Assembly (NCBI GenBank): GCA_963822585.1
Contig: CAWGIE010000019.1
Span: forward strand, 384,001 to 448,000
Reading direction: 5' to 3'
DNA length: 64,000 nt
Source of the DNA: an uncultured bacterium
Lineage (GTDB): Bacteria > Auribacterota > Erginobacteria > Erginobacterales > Erginobacteraceae
Below, piece after piece: positions 1 through 9,080 of this stretch. Every line of letters begins with the position of its first letter. Within the stretch, counting starts at the first letter, position 1. The notes beneath the pieces were generated by a model, which was not told the origin of the DNA, searched no databases, and worked only from the letters and a program-made list of their open reading frames with translations. Both the position numbers and the translations under genes were made by a program.

Positions 1-267
1 GGGAACGGGAATATCGCCGGCGGTTCCGAAGTAGCAGCGGGTAAAACCCCGGACCGCCCAGAGACCGGCATTTTCCCGGAAGACGGCGATATCGGCGTCA
101 CCGTTGCCGTTATAATCTCCTCCGGCCAGCACCCGGTAACCGAAAGACACGGGTGTGGGGGCGTAGGCGGGGCCAGCGTCGCTCCCCGAGGAAGGAGACC
201 CGCTCGTCGCTCCACCGGCCGCTACCATCAGACAGAGACATACAGTGAGGGTAATAACATATCTCAT
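1..267 (-). CDS. Secreted FG-GAP/VCBS-like repeat protein, 5' part only (runs off window start)
   Basis: Read manually, not in the ORF track. GGAGG then ATG at 267: MRYVITLTVCLCLMVAAGG (signal peptide)...GGDYNGNGDADIAVFRENAGLWAVRGFTRCYFGTAGDIPVP, the same 40-aa repeat as the other family members. Confidence 0.85.
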   Translation of the reverse strand, partial: MRYVITLTVCLCLMVAAGGATSGSPSSGSDAGPAYAPTPVSFGYRVLAGGDYNGNGDADIAVFRENAGLWAVRGFTRCYFGTAGDIPVP

Positions 268-630
268 TTTCCCGCCCTCCCGTGTTTTGATGATACGGAT
301 ATCGTCATGCAGTATAAAACCGAATGTCGTTTTGACTGTACCGTGATTACGCTCCTTTGTTAAGAACATTTTAACCGGGATATCTCCGGTTACCCTCCGT
401 AATACTGAATAGCCCCCAAACCGTCACCGGGTAAATATTTTTGGTTCTCTTCCATTTTTTTAACGGCTTTAACCCGATTAATTCATAAAATTGAAAATTT
501 TCATGAATAATCCAGGTTAAGTCTGATAATTATCTCGAAAAACAATTGAGTATCCGGGAATTCTTTCATATATTTTTCACATATCATCCGGCAACGTAGT
601 AAATCAGCCGGGAAAGAAGCCCTGAATCCT

Positions 631-3228
631 ATGAAGAATCGGGTTTTCGGAACAAGGATCTTGCTCGGCGGCATCCTGCTCGCGGCCTTCCTGATCCGTT
701 TCTGGGGCATCGCCTTCGACAACCCCGAGGATCTGGCCAACCCCGACGCCGGGTTCTACCTCCGGTTCATCGACTGCTTTTACCGGGGACACTTCGATCC
801 GCACTTTGCCGCCACCAAGTACCACGGCCTTCTTTATCCCTACTTCGCTCTCTACCTGATGGCTTTCACGGGACGGATTTTCATCTTCTTCAAGTATATC
901 TGGTGTATCCTGGCCTGGATGGCCGCCGGGCGGTTGGTACCGTCACCGGTCCCTTTCCTCCCGGCGGAACGCGTCCTGGTCTTCCGGACTTTCCAGGTCC
1001 TGCTTTCGGTCGTCCTGGTTTACCTGGTTTACCGCCTGGGGAAGCTTCTCTGGGGCGAGCGGGCGGGGATGATCGGGGCGGCCCTTGCCGCTTTCGCTCC
1101 CCAGCTGGTCAACCACGCCCGGGTCATCCAGTGCGATGTCACGCTCGCTCTTTTCACCACGCTCACGGTGCTCTTCAGCGTGCGGCTGGCCCGGGAAAAA
1201 AGGTTGCGGTGGTACCTGCTGGCCGGACTGACAGCGGGGCTGGCGGTCGGCGCCAAGCATAACGGGATTCTGGTCCTGATGGTTCCCCTGGCTGCCCTTT
1301 TTTTCGGAAGCAAAACCCCGGGGTACGGCACATGGTGGAAAGGTCTGCTCCTCATCTTCATTGCTTTTCTGGCCGGATTGTTCATATCTTATCCGGTCGT
1401 CTGGATGGAGCCCCGGCTCTTCTGCAGGCTCCTGCCCGAGTACCGGAATTACCTGAAGTCATTCGACCCGGCGCCGGGGACATTCTGGGAGCAACGCTGG
1501 TTCAACCTGCTGAATTTCGGTTACCGGATAGGGTCCCAGCTTTACGGGATGGGGCCGTGGATTCTCCTCCTCGGGGCCGGCGGACTGATCCTTTCTTTTT
1601 TCTCCGGAAGAGCGGACCGCCGGATCTTGGCCGGCTTCGTACTCATCTACTGTATCCTCATTCTCTCCTGCCGTCAGAGTGTCCGCCCCAAAGACCTTCT
1701 CCCGGCCAACCTCCTCCTCTGCCCGCTGGCTGCCGCCTTTATCATCTGGTGCGTCGACCGGCTGCGAATTCGCCCCTCCCGGCGCGGCATCATCGCGGCG
1801 GCCGTGACCGTGCTCGTCATCGTCCCTTCCCTCCGGTCGGACGTGATCGTCGCTTACTTTGCCGCCGCTCCCGATACCCGCGATTTGGCCGCGGACTGGA
1901 TCGCGGAAAATATCCCTCCCGGAAAGTGGATCGCCAAAGAGCACTACGGCCCCCCCATTTCCAACGGCCGGTACCGGCTGACCAAGATCCCGTTCCTCTG
2001 CTACCGCTCGCTCTCCCGGTACCAAGAGCCCGGGGTGGATTACCTGGTGTCCAACAGCGGCGCCTACCAGCGGTTCTTCGATCCCTTCGATCCCTGCCGG
2101 GACGAGAACGCCCGGCATTTTTACCGGTCACTGGACAACGGAGGCGCGCTTCAGAAAAGTTTCTTCACCGAGAACTACGCCTTCATCAACCCGGTCATCC
2201 GGGTCTTCAACCTGAAGAGACGGGACCAGGCCTGGTCGTGGAAAAAACTGCTTTTAAGGGACCTGGATTTTTCCTACTCCGACTCCTCTCCTCGAATCAT
2301 GATCCTGGAAGACGATCTCGGCTACGAGGGGAAGAGCGGTTTCCGCCTTATGCCCGGGGATGAGGAAGACCGTCTGATCATTGCCTCCCGGCCACTGCCC
2401 CGGATTGGCATCCGGATTTACCCGGGGAACGTACCGGTCCGGGTGAAGGTGAAGGTCGGCACACAGATGCAGAGTCTCACACTCACGTCCACCGAGCCGA
2501 CTGTTTTCTTTTTCTCGCCCCGGATTTCCTTTCCCTTCCTCCGTTACTGTTACCGGGTCCGGGTCAAGGCATTGGGGGATTACCCCCTCCTGGTCAAAAT
2601 CCTCACCTCTCCCCGCCGACTGGAGCGGGAAGATCAAGCAGATAGCGATACTACCGGGCGGGAATTATCCTGCCCGGCGGATGAGGGGGCATTCAACCTC
2701 TGGTTTGCCGAGTTTTTCGGGGAGGATCCACAGTGGTGGAGAAATAAGTACACCCGTTCTTTCGAAGCGGAACGGCTCGTTACCCCGCCACGGCCGCCAA
2801 TCGCCGACGCGGATGCTTCCGGCGGTTCCGCCGTTGACTGCTCCGATGAGGGCGAAATACCCAGCTGCGTTTTCGGGGGAGGCGATCTGCTGATCCCCTC
2901 TTCTCATTGGACGGCCGTCATCTACCTCAGGGCCGAAGGAGTGGGGGAGGGAGAAGCCATCGGGAGGATCGAGCTGGGTAAGATGAGCGGGGAAGTACTG
3001 GCTGACAGGCTGTTGCGGCCGACTGACTTGGCGCCCGGATTCGGTTATACTTCCATCAGGCTGCCGTTTCACAACGATATTCTGGGCGGGGACATCATCC
3101 TGACAATACATCCGGCAGCGGGTACCCGTCTGCTCCTCGACCGGGTGGCATTCGTCCCTGACCTGGCCGCCTGGTTTCGCTCACGCGACTATCAACCAAC
3201 CGGGCCCTCAAAGAAAGAAAACGATTAA
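631..3228 (+). CDS. GT-C fold glycosyltransferase (GT39/PMT_2, ArnT-like) with long extracytoplasmic C-terminal region
   Basis: Many TM helices with ArnT/PMT-like motifs (LIRFWGI, YRLGKLLWGERAGMIAAL-type helix, LAGLTAGLAVGAKHNG, DTRDLAADWIAENIPPG). The C-terminal FEAE...DADASGG segment resembles a carbohydrate-binding module. Confidence 0.8.
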   Translation: MKNRVFGTRILLGGILLAAFLIRFWGIAFDNPEDLANPDAGFYLRFIDCFYRGHFDPHFAATKYHGLLYPYFALYLMAFTGRIFIFFKYIWCILAWMAAGRLVPSPVPFLPAERVLVFRTFQVLLSVVLVYLVYRLGKLLWGERAGMIGAALAAFAPQLVNHARVIQCDVTLALFTTLTVLFSVRLAREKRLRWYLLAGLTAGLAVGAKHNGILVLMVPLAALFFGSKTPGYGTWWKGLLLIFIAFLAGLFISYPVVWMEPRLFCRLLPEYRNYLKSFDPAPGTFWEQRWFNLLNFGYRIGSQLYGMGPWILLLGAGGLILSFFSGRADRRILAGFVLIYCILILSCRQSVRPKDLLPANLLLCPLAAAFIIWCVDRLRIRPSRRGIIAAAVTVLVIVPSLRSDVIVAYFAAAPDTRDLAADWIAENIPPGKWIAKEHYGPPISNGRYRLTKIPFLCYRSLSRYQEPGVDYLVSNSGAYQRFFDPFDPCRDENARHFYRSLDNGGALQKSFFTENYAFINPVIRVFNLKRRDQAWSWKKLLLRDLDFSYSDSSPRIMILEDDLGYEGKSGFRLMPGDEEDRLIIASRPLPRIGIRIYPGNVPVRVKVKVGTQMQSLTLTSTEPTVFFFSPRISFPFLRYCYRVRVKALGDYPLLVKILTSPRRLEREDQADSDTTGRELSCPADEGAFNLWFAEFFGEDPQWWRNKYTRSFEAERLVTPPRPPIADADASGGSAVDCSDEGEIPSCVFGGGDLLIPSSHWTAVIYLRAEGVGEGEAIGRIELGKMSGEVLADRLLRPTDLAPGFGYTSIRLPFHNDILGGDIILTIHPAAGTRLLLDRVAFVPDLAAWFRSRDYQPTGPSKKEND

Positions 3229-3485
3229 AAGGGAGAGATGCCTCCTTTTTTCAGATCGGCGATCTCGCTCCGGAGTTCCGCTATCTCCGCCTGCTGTTCC
3301 CTGACCAGCTCGACCAGGTAAAGGGTTATCCGCTCGTATTTGAGGCCGTCCGGGCTCCCAGAGGCCGGACGGGGGACGGAAGACGGCCGTCTCGTCTTTC
3401 CCGTCCCCGGAAAAGTCAACGGCGAAGACGATACCGCCCCAGCTCAGGGAGAACAAAACCGCCGTAATGATAACCCTTTCTTCAT
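3225..3485 (-). pseudogene. Internally deleted, frameshifted remnant of a repeat/tail-fibre protein
   Basis: AAGGAG + ATG(3485) gives MKKG, then a frameshift into signal-like VIITAVLFSLSWGGIVFA and repeat DFSGDGKDETAVFRPPSGLW. It then jumps frame into PDGLKYERITLYLVELVREQQAEIAELRSEIADLK, typical of the end of a peptidase S74 intramolecular-chaperone domain. Confidence 0.65.
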
Positions 3486-3571
3486 CTGAAGTCTCCTTAT
3501 TCAGGGTACCGGGAATTCGATTGCCCTTCTCCATGGACAGGATGGCTGATGACCGGTCGCACCCTAAAAGA

Positions 3572-4330
3572 TCACCAGCAGTTATGCCACGTGGATCCGT
3601 CATAGCAGCGAAGTTTCTTCATACTGCCATCGTAATACAGATCACCCTCCCCGGGGGCGGCAGGCGGGGCGAGCAGAGGCTCCAACCGCACGAGGCCGTT
3701 GACGTGGAGTTTCCTCATCGGCGGATGAATCCCGATGCCGACATTGCCGGTAGACGACTGGATAGTCACCTTATCGCCGCCCTCGTAAAACCGGAGGTCG
3801 CTGGTGGCGGCGTCCATGTAGACGGCCCAGTCGTAAAAACCTACTGCCGTTTTAAAATTGAGTTCCGGGTTTGAGCTGGAAGCCTCGATCAGAAGCCGGG
3901 GATTGCTCCCAACCAGGTGCAATTTATACTGCGGAGCACCGGTCCCGATGCCGATATTTCCCGCCGCCAGCGCGCAGAGATTATTGCCAGCGCGGTACCA
4001 GTCTCCATCGGAACCCCCGCTCCCTCCGATCGGAAGGTCGCCGGAGGACCCGAAATAAACCCGGGAGACCCCCCGCAGCGCCCAGAGTCCGGCGGTCGCC
4101 CGGTAGATCCCCACCTCATCGGCGCCGTCCCCGTTATAGTCTCCCGGCACCGGCTCGTCGTTCCAGGTGCCGTAATAAATCCGGGAGAACCCCCGGATCG
4201 CCCAGAGGCCGCTGGACGGACGGAAGATCGCCACATCGTCCGTTCCATCGCCGTTGAAATCGCCGGGCGGGGAGAGGAGTCCCCAGCTCGCACCGATGAC
4301 GATTAAAATACCTATGGTCCAGTTCCTCAT
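3572..4330 (-). CDS. Small secreted protein: two FG-GAP-like repeats plus tail-fibre-like GN(I/V)GIG repeats
   Basis: AGGAGG SD, hydrophobic N-terminus, two GD[FY]NGDG repeats, GGSGG linker, GNIGIGT and GNVGIG motifs, C-terminal EGDLYYDG...LRCYDGSTW. Confidence 0.8.
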   Translation of the reverse strand: MRNWTIGILIVIGASWGLLSPPGDFNGDGTDDVAIFRPSSGLWAIRGFSRIYYGTWNDEPVPGDYNGDGADEVGIYRATAGLWALRGVSRVYFGSSGDLPIGGSGGSDGDWYRAGNNLCALAAGNIGIGTGAPQYKLHLVGSNPRLLIEASSSNPELNFKTAVGFYDWAVYMDAATSDLRFYEGGDKVTIQSSTGNVGIGIHPPMRKLHVNGLVRLEPLLAPPAAPGEGDLYYDGSMKKLRCYDGSTWHNCW

Positions 4331-4577
4331 TTTCCCTCCTCCTTTTTTATTACTTTACCTCTTTGAAGGGCCTTGTATTTTCAGCATATCATATCTATTC
4401 CGCCGGCGCAACGCGCACCCCGACAGGGATTAGCCCGTCCCGTTCGATATCCGCGAAATGAGTACACGCGCTCTTCAACAGCCTGTTGCTTCGGAATTTC
4501 AATAATCTTATTTTTCCTCCGGAAAAATAAGAATGTGCAAGCATTGATCCGACAGTACAGGGATATTTTAAAGATAA

Positions 4578-4680
4578 ATTCGTGTAATCCTTCGGCTACG
4601 CTCAGGACAAGTTTCGCGTAATTCGTAGTTTTATTTAGTCGCCCGAGCCCCGGTAAACCGGGGTAGACTGCGCGAGGGCT
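4578..4680. repeat. Composite REP-like element
   Basis: ATTCGTGTA/TTCGCGTA/ATTCGTAG units interrupted by CCTTCGGCTACGCTCAGGACAAG, followed by a CCCCGGTAAACCGGGG hairpin. Confidence 0.5.
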
Positions 4681-4738
4681 AAGTTCTTTATAAAGTATAG
4701 GAGAGAAGTCTGAAAAAGGTGTGACTGCTTAAGCCAAT

Positions 4739-6094
4739 CTAGGACCGGCCCGACTTCCGGTCTTTCCAGGCGGCAGCCAGTTCATCGAGATGAAAGACCT
4801 GGTAGAGGACAACCACCAGGATGGTGGTCGAGGAGAGGGGTTCGGCGAAAAATATCTGGAGCGCGTGGGGCATCCGTTCGAATACTCCGGGGACGAAACC
4901 GGTTCCGAGTCCGAGGATGAGCGAGATGCCGACGGCGAAGATTTTGCGCTGGTCGAACTTCTGGGAGAGCATCTCCTGGAGACCGGTACAGATCATGAAG
5001 GAGACGGCGAAGATCAGCGACGCGCCCACTACCGGCGCCGGTACCAGGGAAATGCCCAGGGAGAGCTTGGGGGAGAAGCCGAGAACGGCGAATATGATGC
5101 CGGCGCAGATGGCAATCCAACGGCTGACCGCCCCGGTGGCGGCCGCCAGGCCCACGTTGCTCGACGAGGTGTCCACCGCCATCGCCCCCATGCTCCCGGC
5201 CATGGCGGTGGTGAAGCCGTCGGCCAGAAGACCCCTGCTGATCGGCCCCATGTCCAGTTCCGCCAGTTCCGGCTCGGAGATCTTCTGGGCGGCGAGGAGA
5301 TTGCCGAACGACTTCAGTGAACCGCAGACAGCGATGATGAAAAAGGGTACCACCAGGCGATAAGAGAACCCGAGCTTGAGCTGATCCAGACGGTGAACCG
5401 GGAAGGCGACCCATGGCTCATGGATGATCCGCTTCAAATTGTCCAGCGCGTCGGGCTGCAGCCAGAGGGCGAGAAGCCAGCCGCAGGCCACGCCCAGAAG
5501 CAGGCAATACATCTTCACCGATCCCTTCCCCCAGATATTGGCGGCCACCATCACGGCCAGGGCGGCCGCCCCCACGCAGGCGTCCTGCCAGCCGAAACAG
5601 TCCCCCGCAAACCGGGTTCCGAAAAAGTTGGTCACGGAGACGGGGATGACGCTGATGCCCACCATCGTCACCGTCAACCCGGTCACAACGGGGGGGAAGA
5701 GGAACCGCAGGCGGCTGATCGCCTTGGCCAGCCCCATCTCCACCAGCCCGGCGAAGATGATCATTCCCCGCATCAGCGGAAACCCGCCGGTCCAGGCGGC
5801 CTGCATCGAGACTGAAAGGTAGGATGGCCCGCAGACGTTCGGGCAGAGATAGCCGCTCCCGAACCAGCGGGTGCGGCTGGCCTGAATGACGGAACCGATA
5901 CCGGCGGCGATCATGGTCAGGGCGACCATCGAGCTTGACTCCTCCAGGGAGCCGCCCACCTCGCGCACCAGCATGGCGGGAAAAGTGGCGGCGGTAAAGA
6001 GGAGCAGCATCTGCTGGAAGCTTAAAAGCAGCAGGTCCTTCCAGGGAGGGATATCGTTAACCCCATATATTATTTTTTGGTTATCTTGGGTCAT
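4739..6094 (-). CDS. NCS2 (solute carrier 23, xanthine/uracil permease) family transporter with atypical binding-site residues
   Basis: YGVNDIPP, FPPVVTG, RGLLADG, SSSNVGLAAATGAVSR, LGFSPK, VPAPVVG motifs; highly hydrophobic. Confidence 0.9.
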   Translation of the reverse strand: MTQDNQKIIYGVNDIPPWKDLLLLSFQQMLLLFTAATFPAMLVREVGGSLEESSSMVALTMIAAGIGSVIQASRTRWFGSGYLCPNVCGPSYLSVSMQAAWTGGFPLMRGMIIFAGLVEMGLAKAISRLRFLFPPVVTGLTVTMVGISVIPVSVTNFFGTRFAGDCFGWQDACVGAAALAVMVAANIWGKGSVKMYCLLLGVACGWLLALWLQPDALDNLKRIIHEPWVAFPVHRLDQLKLGFSYRLVVPFFIIAVCGSLKSFGNLLAAQKISEPELAELDMGPISRGLLADGFTTAMAGSMGAMAVDTSSSNVGLAAATGAVSRWIAICAGIIFAVLGFSPKLSLGISLVPAPVVGASLIFAVSFMICTGLQEMLSQKFDQRKIFAVGISLILGLGTGFVPGVFERMPHALQIFFAEPLSSTTILVVVLYQVFHLDELAAAWKDRKSGRS

Positions 6095-6126
6095 GTGACA
6101 ATAAATAAGATCAATTCAAAGCTAAT

Positions 6127-6362
6127 AAATCCCAAATAACAAATCCCAAATCCCAAATTTCAAATAAATTCCAATGACCGAAACAAATCATGCCTACGTT
6201 GCATTCCTCATTTTTTTATACTTTTGTATTGATTTAAATGTCTTGTCCCTCAGCCAGATCGGAATGCTTATCTTTGAGAACAGATATGGATCAATGCTTT
6301 GTAATTTTGGTAATTGTGATTTTGAATTTATTTGTTATTTTGGTGCTTGTGATTTAGAATTT
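6127..6362. repeat. Imperfect inverted arrays of 7-nt units
   Basis: Left arm AAATCCC AAATAAC AAATCCC AAATCCC AAATTTC AAATAAA TTCC (6127-6187). Reverse complement of the right arm (6298-6362) is AAATTCT AAATCAC AAGCACC AAAATAAC AAATAAA TTC. Confidence 0.7.
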
Positions 6363-6393
6363 ACCGTTTGCCGGCAAAGCCGGTAAACGGTTT

Positions 6394-7356
6394 TCATCTC
6401 ATCCAGGCCGGGCGGGGTAGGGGGGAGATCGCCCCGACAATGACTTCTTCCCCGTCCATTGTCGCCCGGTGGCCGTAAATCCCTTCCTTGACCGGCTTGC
6501 TCCCCGTCTTCCCCCGCTTGAGGGTGATCACCCAGGCGGTTGGGGAGGTCTTCAGCTTATCGCTTAATTCCTTCATCGGGTAGCGGCCGCTCAGGTCCCG
6601 ATAGTCATAGAGGTTCCGCGGCGTCCCCAGGTAGAGACCGGGATCGATCAGGGCTAGACCCGCGCTATCGATGACGAAGACTCCTTTATCATGGATGGTA
6701 AACGGTCCGCTTAGGTCTTTCAGGACGAACAAACCCGCTTTTCCTTTCTCCTCCAGCAGTTCGGCCCCCTCGTCGACGATGATCCGGTAGAACTCCCGTT
6801 CCTGGAGCGGGGCGTCGATCCCGCTCCCGACGAAGACCCGGCGGCCGTCCGGCATGGTGACCGCAAAGTTACATGATGACTTCCAGGCCCCATCAAGAGA
6901 ACCCGGCGGAACCCAGAGGTAGTGGCTCCAGCCGTGGGGATTTATTGTCCGGTGTTTCTCCAGCTGGTCGATGATCAGCCGCGCGACCTTCTTGCCGTTC
7001 AGGTCGGTAAAATCAATCAGGTTCTCCCCGGTAAGATGCGGGTAGCCGCCGTGGAAGAGGTTAACACCGTTGAAGTCATAGACATAGAGATAGGAATTGC
7101 CGTCAAGGGACCACTTCTCCGGTTCTTGAGTGAACTCCTTAAATGCTTCTTTCCCTCTCTCCTCGACCAGGTCAGCCGCCCGCGCGGTCAGTGCCACCAG
7201 CCGCCGGGTATCCCGGTAGTCGTACATCCTCAGGTCGGTGGCCCGTTCCGTTGCGCGGATCCCGGGGAGTTGCCAGACGGCGAGAAGGATAACAATAACG
7301 AGCAGCGCCGCGACCATCAGGCGGCGCCCGGTTTGACCGTGCCCATCTTTCATCAT
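6394..7356 (-). CDS. Membrane-anchored protein with two tandem Cache-type sensor domains and no output domain
   Basis: One N-terminal TM. YLYVYDFNGVNLFHGGYPHLTGENLIDFTDLNGK...GWSHYLW, then a second copy VFVIDSAG...NLYDYRDLSGRY. Confidence 0.8.
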   Translation of the reverse strand: MMKDGHGQTGRRLMVAALLVIVILLAVWQLPGIRATERATDLRMYDYRDTRRLVALTARAADLVEERGKEAFKEFTQEPEKWSLDGNSYLYVYDFNGVNLFHGGYPHLTGENLIDFTDLNGKKVARLIIDQLEKHRTINPHGWSHYLWVPPGSLDGAWKSSCNFAVTMPDGRRVFVGSGIDAPLQEREFYRIIVDEGAELLEEKGKAGLFVLKDLSGPFTIHDKGVFVIDSAGLALIDPGLYLGTPRNLYDYRDLSGRYPMKELSDKLKTSPTAWVITLKRGKTGSKPVKEGIYGHRATMDGEEVIVGAISPLPRPAWMR

Positions 7357-7557
7357 TTCAGGGATAATTCCCGGGATGCGGGGTTATATCACAGTGTAAC
7401 TGAATGAATCCGGGAAGATAATACCGGATAGCGCATTATTTTAAAAGACATTCATCACGCGGTATTGTATCTTCGGAATCCGGAGAATATCAGGGGGATA
7501 TCCCCGTCTAAATTACCGGACTCCAACCAGCCTCGGGAGAGAAGGAGGTGCAGAGAT

Positions 7558-8781
7558 ATGAAGCTGCCAGACGTGATTATGCTCGGCGCGCTTGCGGCCG
7601 GAGCATTCTCCGGTCCGGGGGTCACGCAGGCGGGCGGGGTTGAAGATGCGATCCCCGCGCTGGTGAAGGCGATGAATGGCTTCGCCTTCTCGCTTTACCG
7701 GGAACTCGCCGGGAAGGAGGGAAATATCTTTTTCTCCCCGGCCAGTCTGGAGGCCGCCCTGGCCATGACCGCGGCGGGGGCGAGAGAAGAGACCGCGGCC
7801 CAGATGGACCGGGTCCTCGGCCTCGGGCAACGCGGACAGACCGCGGCCGGGTTCAAGGAGCTCCTCGACACGCTCAACAATCCCCGGGAGTCCAACGGTC
7901 AACCATGTTATAAGCTGATTGTCGCCAACGCTCTCTGGGGGCAGAAAGGGTATCCCTTCCACAAGGATTTCATCGAGTTTTTAAAGAATTTTTATCTGGC
8001 CGGTCTCAACGAAGTCGACTTCAAAGAGAATGAACCGGCCCGCGGCATCATCAATGCTTGGGTGGCCGGGAAGACCAATAATAAGATTAAAAATCTTGTT
8101 CCTCCCGGCGCGATAACCGCCCTGACCAGGTTGGTGCTGACCAATGCCGTTTACTTCAAGAGCAACTGGGCGGAGACCTTCTTCAAGGGCGCGACCACGG
8201 ATACTCCCTTCTATCCGGGCGGGAATAAAACTGCCACGGTCCCGATGATGCGCCAAACCCACACCTTCGGCTACATCGAGGCCGCGGAACTCCAGGCGGT
8301 TGCATTGCCCTACACCGGTTACGACCTCTCCATGGTGATTCTGTTGCCGAAAGAGAGGGACGGCCTGGCCGGGCTGGAAAACACCATCACGAACGACCGG
8401 GTCGAGGAGTGGATCGGCGAACTCTCACCGGCCAAGGTAGACCTGTCCTTTCCCCGGTTCACATTCTCATCGGCATTCGAAATGGCGGGGACATTGAAAA
8501 AGATGGGTATGGTCAACGCCTTCGATCCGGAAAAAGCCGACTTCTTCGGCATCTCCGATGAAACGGGGTTCGCCGTCTCGGCCGTTATTCACCAGGCCTT
8601 TATCGCGGTGGACGAGGAGGGCACCGAGGCAGCAGCGGCGACCGCCGTCGCCATGGCCGGCGCGGCTTTCGATCCGGCAGCGCCGAAGATTTTTAAAGCC
8701 GACCACCCCTTTCTCTTCCTGATCCGCCACAACGCGACCGGCTGTATTCTCTTCCTGGGGAGGGTTGTTCAGCCCGATTGA
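7558..8781 (+). CDS. Serpin (serine protease inhibitor), secreted
   Basis: NIFFSPASL, LVLTNAVYFK..W, hinge DEEGTEAAAATA, FKADHPFLFLIRH...LFLGRV. Start placed at ATG 7558 after AGGAGG. Confidence 0.95.
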   Translation: MKLPDVIMLGALAAGAFSGPGVTQAGGVEDAIPALVKAMNGFAFSLYRELAGKEGNIFFSPASLEAALAMTAAGAREETAAQMDRVLGLGQRGQTAAGFKELLDTLNNPRESNGQPCYKLIVANALWGQKGYPFHKDFIEFLKNFYLAGLNEVDFKENEPARGIINAWVAGKTNNKIKNLVPPGAITALTRLVLTNAVYFKSNWAETFFKGATTDTPFYPGGNKTATVPMMRQTHTFGYIEAAELQAVALPYTGYDLSMVILLPKERDGLAGLENTITNDRVEEWIGELSPAKVDLSFPRFTFSSAFEMAGTLKKMGMVNAFDPEKADFFGISDETGFAVSAVIHQAFIAVDEEGTEAAAATAVAMAGAAFDPAAPKIFKADHPFLFLIRHNATGCILFLGRVVQPD

Positions 8782-8794
8782 CCAGGAAATCGGG

Positions 8795-8990
8795 TTAACG
8801 CGTTACCGGTATATCCCCTGACCTGCCGAAGTAGACCCGGTTGCCGACGCGGATCGCCCACAGCCCGGAGGTGGACCGGAAGATACCGATGTTGTCCTTA
8901 TCACCGTCGCCGGCATAATCCGCCGGAACCGGGATATCCCCGTTGTTGCCGAAGTAAAGACGAAGCCCGTTTTGATACCTGCGGTCAAGA
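8795..8990 (-). pseudogene. Orphan 3' end of a PVTR-family repeat protein
   Basis: Frame read manually: ...LRLYFGNNGDIPVPADYAGDGDKDNIGIFRSTSGLWAIRVGNRVYFGRSGDIPVTR*. An in-frame stop lies just upstream and there is no start codon. Confidence 0.8.
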
Positions 8991-9033
8991 TAATTTTAAG
9001 GCTGCATTTTGAAATTCCGAAGGAAAATAATTA

Positions 9034-9080
9034 AAATGCCGGATCCCCGGGCCGGTCACCGGCCCGGGGATCCGGCATTT
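9034..9080 (-). terminator. Perfect inverted repeat (23-bp arms) right after corA, probable terminator
   Basis: AAATGCCGGATCCCCGGGCCGGT-C-ACCGGCCCGGGGATCCGGCATTT, followed by a T-rich tract on the minus strand. Confidence 0.7.

Noticed and set aside
3225..4330. Prophage, suggested by the tail-fibre-like motifs
   Set aside because: No integrase, capsid, terminase or other phage genes, and the proteins carry signal peptides and host-family repeats.
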